Below are positions 58,792-64,000 of a DNA stretch of 64,000 bases, in pieces. The position numbers and the translations under genes were made by a program. The number at the start of each line of letters is the position of its first letter. The first letter of the stretch is position 1. This DNA is from Harriotta raleighana. Taxonomy: Eukaryota. Under the pieces are notes generated by a model. That model had not been told where the DNA came from. It did not search any database and worked only from the letters and a program-made list of their open reading frames with translations. The stretch is taken from the NCBI GenBank assembly GCA_050575255.1, contig JBNZDD010013687.1:4512082-4576081 (forward strand), given 5' to 3'.

Positions 58792-61700
58792 CACTTTGCT
58801 CAGTGATAAAAAGCCAAGTACGCGTTTCTCACTGCAGACAACAAACACACTATTGTTCTTGGTTTTCTATTTTTTTCTGTGGTTAGATTATTAACAAAAT
58901 GCAAAATCGGTTTGGGGAAAATATTCTCTCTTTCTCACTATTTACGATATTGTCCATGTAATTGAGATGTTTGTGCTGCTATATATAGTAAAGGGTTAAT
59001 TCATTAGATTGTACTGTTTGTCGAAATGCGCTTGATACAAACATGCAAAATATTTAAATTCCGTTATCCTTTCTGTGTTGCAGCCTCTTTAAAATAGACA
59101 TAACTGTCTGTGTAAGGCATATTTAAATTGCATTTATAAAGTTGGTCACTCTTAAATTGTAGTTACGAGCAATTTGCTTTCATATAAATAAGTGATAAGG
59201 CGTCATATCAATTGAAAGTAATATTATTTTTACTATTATTATTGTAAGATCTAGCTGTATCGTTAATTCAGTGTGAAATGTGAACGCACGCATTGATCGC
59301 AGCGTAATGAATTGCAGAATTAAAGGTTGGATGATAGAGTTATCAAAAACAACATGCAAATTAAGCCTTTGTAAACCTTCCTATATATCACAGAATCCTA
59401 AAAAGAAAATAACAAGGAAACTTGCATTTAAATTGCAAACTTCTTTATCTTTCTTGCAGCTATCTATGGAGGGTTTATTTCTAGATACTTAAAAAAATGT
59501 TTTTTATTCGCCACGCATCATAGACCTTTTCTGTTACAAGTGAAAGCGCCTTCCTCAAGAGGCAGCTCAGCGCTGGGCTCTTCAGAATATGGTAGTCACA
59601 GACTAGATGGGGTTTGTGGGGTAATGGTGGGGCATGGGGGAGGGGAGAGAGACACTTAAAACTCCATTCTCTCAGAGAAATCCCGCAAGTAGAGGCTTTC
59701 TGTGGTTTACATGCCATTCGGTTTTCATATAGGACTTACTGCATGCTCGCACATTAAGTAATTTTCAATCTAATAATTATCTTATTTTTTAATCGAAGCA
59801 TTCCAATTTAATCTGTGCAGAAAAGCAGTACTGTAGAACCAGACCTGGGATTATATTTTTTCCAATGCAAAACATGCTGAACATCTTCAATCCTTTTTTT
59901 TTGTTGCAAATCGTGTGTTGTCCTGGTTCTGATGAATGATATGGCAGAAGTAGAGGTACCCAGGTAGGTCAGAAAGGTTCCATCAGTGTTTGTTAAAAAG
60001 GTGCGCCTGAAGCTCTCGGTTCACATATACTCTCACAGAAAGGGTCTATATAACATTGCATCACAATTTTGATCGCTGCTTTTTCACTGCAAAAGCTGAA
60101 CAAAAATGCACTAAGCAATAGTTAGTTAATATATGTAATCCTTTTATTGAGGTTAATTTAAATGGAAATGTTCTAGTTTCATTAGAAGCAGAGTAAACAA
60201 TAAGAAAATACTTAAATTAATATACTTTATAAGCTATGGCTTGATGCGGCCTAGTTCAATGTTCTAGAATCGTGAATTGGACTAAAATCAATAGATGTTT
60301 CCAGAAATAACAATCTATATTTTTCTAAAAATGGCCATTTGGATGAATTCAGTTGGGTGTTATCTTTTGGCCTGTTCATATAATCGGTATGCCTGCTACC
60401 TTTCGAAGTCAGATGTGAAATTTTATTCGGATAATACACAAACATTGTAAATCCTTCAAAATGCATGGACTGTTATTAAAATTTACATGATTATATGGCG
60501 CATGGTTTTATTTTCTTCCATTGTAGGTATGCGCTTGGTGGAAAATTGATTTAAATTTCTCGCCCAGTGTAATACTTGACGAAATTTCTTTGTTGCATCT
60601 TTACAAAGTACGGAAATGTTAAATAATAGGTTTTGTGTTCTAGAAAAAAAATTCCAGCAAAAAAACGTTAGTGAAATGCACTTTGAAGTTGTAACCAGAC
60701 AGAAAACAGGGTACAAAGCCAACACCGGTGACCCTGCAAGATAAGAATTTAAATGAATTGCTTGCCATAGAAATGTCGACAAAAAAATGTAATATGATTG
60801 CATTGAGCAGTACACGAATCGAGTGCAGCCAATGTACTCAGACAAGTCGTTATGTGAAGGCAAAGGGCTTCGCGCAGTTTGTGGTATTTATTCTTGTGTA
60901 TGAGCGCAGCTATTTACTGCTGATAGTAGATGACAATTATATTGAAATCTGGTGATTTGTAGAACAAAACTCTGCTTCCTGCATTAACCATTCTTACTGA
61001 ATCTATAATATCACGAAATTCTTCGTTTTCTTGTGTCGTCAAAGGAATGTAATGAAGTGGCGGAGTCTTTTTAATTTGTTACTGAGCTAATAACCAGAGA
61101 GGGAGAGAGAGAGAACTATTACTCACGACCCCCTTGCCGCCTGACTGATCTTCAGAGCCTTATAACGGGTCTGAGAATATTATTTAAAACATAATAACTA
61201 ATTCTGCTGCAAGACGTGACAAGGCGCTCTCTCGAAGGCAAGGATTAATTTTTCTTGTTTATTTTACGTATTCCTGTCTGTTCCGTACTTTGGATTCAAA
61301 AATGGAATCCATTTCGAAGCAGTGAATAACTATACAAATTACAAAGACTAACCATTTTTTTAAAAAAAATTTGAACAAGGTGGAATCTTTTCATTTGCAA
61401 ACGCTTTCACTTTCATAACAAATTTAGCGGATCCAAAATAGGCATCGAAATCAGTAAACCTTTCGCCGGTAAACCTTCTAATCTATTACATCATCTAACG
61501 TAGCAAAATTGATATTGTAAATGGTTGAGGTTACAATATGCATTTCTATAAAACTAAAACTGATAGATCGTTAATTTAATAACATGACACTCGATTATTT
61601 TGTAATATTTATATTGAGCTAAAATGCCATTTTCGGCCTTGATTTGGTTGGTTTATTTCCATCGTTTCAAAATCCAGTGCTAAAATGTGTGAGATTGTTA

Positions 61701-62224
61701 TACGTGGTATCAGAACATCAATTTATTTTCTATTTCCATTTCGTACAACTGTGAATTCATTTCGGGTGCAATGTTCTGTTCATTTAACATCAACGTGCTC
61801 TCGCTAATTTTATTATTGTACAGAATTATGGTGCAATGTAATCCGTAGAAAATCCCTCCAAAATAGTCATCTAAACAATGATTTCTTAAAGTTTCTTACA
61901 GTTGTTGTAAGAAACTGAAAATAATGAGGTGAACGAGGATCTACTGTCATCCTCATAACATAATAGATGAACAGGACTGAAGGTTATGCACCCTATAAAT
62001 CTTGACATACATTTCTTGTTTGTCGTTAAATAATTCATTGCTCTATTCACCCAGGATGTAAATGCTATGGGGTGGTGGGGGGCGGGGCAGGGATTCCAAG
62101 ACTATTCAAATGAAGTGTTTTTTATAATAAACCAAATAGGACGAATTATCTAGTGTTGGAAGTCATCAAAAAGAAGCAACTTATGTTTTTTTTAAAAAGG
62201 CATGAAATGTGGAGTCAGTGATAT

Positions 62225-62430
62225 TGAAATGAAGGCAGATCAGCCAGCATTGGCCCATATGACCTGGAAATGAAACGCTAATTACAAGCTGGCGATCCAA
62301 ACATCATCAAAACAGTTTGCAGGGAGATCCGCTTGTTTCTGCGTTTCTATGAATGTCATTACCTCCTCTTAGTTTTGATGTGAAATGTACTTTTGTGGCT
62401 TACTAATTATTAATGAACTTGCGTAAATTC
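62225..62430. promoter_or_regulatory. CNE-like block downstream of NKX2-1
   Basis: TCF/LEF-like CATCAAA and TTTGATG, homeodomain CTAATTA twice, and FOX-like CAAACA. Conservation not verified. Confidence 0.4.
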
Positions 62431-62994
62431 AACTTGAGTATTAAATTTCTACCTTTCAGTCAACAGAAATGTAAACGTTTGGGGAAGAAAAGAGACGTGA
62501 ACCCGCAACAGTTGATAGCAGTCATTTGCGGATGGTGTTAAGTATTAAGTGGAAGGAAGGGTAAATCTTGTCCGCGCTGTTTAATAATTTCCATTCACTT
62601 TTCAAGTTGTTTCCTAAACGCTTTCCGAAATTTCGGAAAGCATTTTTCTCCCCATCAAAATTGTATACCTAACCAGAATGTTTCATATTGAAACTAATCG
62701 AAATGAAATCTACACACTACTCTCTTAAATCCGTAAACTTTTGATCAGAAACATGCCGCATGAAGTCATATAATGTAAGTATGCCAATAAGTAGCTATAC
62801 TTCAAGATAGTCACTGAATAATTGCGCCATTTCATTAGATTATCAGGAAACATTACTCATAATATATATAATGTACTTCTGTATATCAATTTCTCCCATT
62901 ACATTGATACATTTATATTAGGTCTGAATCCCATTACTTTTTGTGAGCAACGCAGAAGTACTTTGAATGACATATTTATCTTATAAATTGCACA

Positions 62995-63490
62995 GTAGTG
63001 ATTAATTGTTGTTAGGTTGGCATTAATAAACTCGGGACCCGACAGTAATAGGGTCAAGCATTAATATTCTGACTTTAATTACATCATATGGGGGTCTCAG
63101 TAGGATTTTTTAATGAGCGCATAATCGGTTTTTATCGTTATGTAAAATTATAAATTGAGGATGACTGATTCTTTTTATCCAGCACCACCTCTGCCGGGTT
63201 CATCTTCGCAATTCCATGCACCGCCTTTTTTTAAAAAAGCATCACTGAGCTATTTATTTGGCTGGCTGGCAGCTATCAACAGATATAATGTTCGAGTACA
63301 GTCAATGGTAGTCTAATTTGTCTGAAGATCGCTGCTGTGACAAACAACTCAAATCTCGTGATTTTCTCTTCCCCCCCCCCCTCCCCGTGGAGACATGAAG
63401 CTCCCCCATTTGTTCTCTTCAATAAGGTGATTCTATGCAAGTCATTGAAGCTATTGTTGGGAGAAATCAGCAGCAAGACCTAGACGAAAA
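62995..63490. promoter_or_regulatory. CNE-like block(s) downstream of NKX2-1
   Basis: Dense TAAT/ATTA cluster (about 63000-63125) followed by unique complex sequence with SOX- and FOX-like motifs. Conservation not verified. Confidence 0.35.
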
Positions 63491-64000
63491 AGAGTACCGC
63501 TCTCTGGGTTTCTGTTTAGGCAATTTACAATGGTAACATAATTATCTGTACATACACTCACAAATGGCAAAAGTTGGGAAATAGATCGACCCCACTCAGA
63601 TAAAGAAGGGTCGGGTTGTTGCACAGGTCTTCTTCAGTTAGCTTCCTTTCAATGCAAGGTTTGAGAAGACTTACAACAGCTGAGTCGGATTCAGCTCATA
63701 TAATCAGTTTGTGTCTTATTTCCATTTGAAAAAAAAGCGCATTTGCAATCATGAAAGCTGGTGAGACGGTGAATGATACAGAGTATGAATGCAGAAATGC
63801 AAAGTCGTGATAGCCGTTGGAACACATACGTAAAACGTTTTATAACCTAAAGTGTTCACAGTACCCGCGCCGCCACCAAGGAGACTGGGCGATGGTAGTT
63901 ATTATATCAGCCAATTCAACTTGGGATGCCTGATTTTTGGAAGACAAGTTGTTGGTTTAATGGGTACCAAAGCTAACCTTGTTTCCCAAGTGCCTCTGAT

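Noticed and set aside
57400-64000. SFTA3-like coding gene or other downstream gene
   Set aside because: No recognisable ORF or convincing exon chain.

Overview
AT-rich vertebrate DNA containing the conserved PAX9 - NKX2-8 (nkx2.9) - NKX2-1 developmental cluster, in the same order and relative orientation as in mammals but compressed to about 55 kb. PAX9 is on the minus strand: the ATG-G micro-exon (3427-3430) and the paired-box/octapeptide exon (1609-2247) are present, and I could not find later exons, which probably lie left of the window. NKX2-8/nkx2.9 (30258-30471 + 30587-31128, 251 aa) and NKX2-1 (54711-55080 + 56076-56755, 349 aa) are complete two-exon plus-strand genes with canonical, phase-consistent GT-AG introns. 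Intergenic DNA carries tRNA-headed SINEs with L2-type tails, older Deu-type SINE relics, L2 LINE fragments and several CNE-like blocks. The repeat repertoire suggests a cartilaginous fish, possibly a chimaera (inference only). I cannot demonstrate a new biological system from sequence alone. The best leads are: a candidate spliced non-coding transcript divergent from PAX9; alternating CpG-retaining and CpG-depleted domains, one bracketed by exon-like signals; a perfect GLI site plus a SOX/POU module upstream of nkx2.9; a chimeric young SINE; and decayed coding-like minus-strand sequence at 42-43.5 kb.
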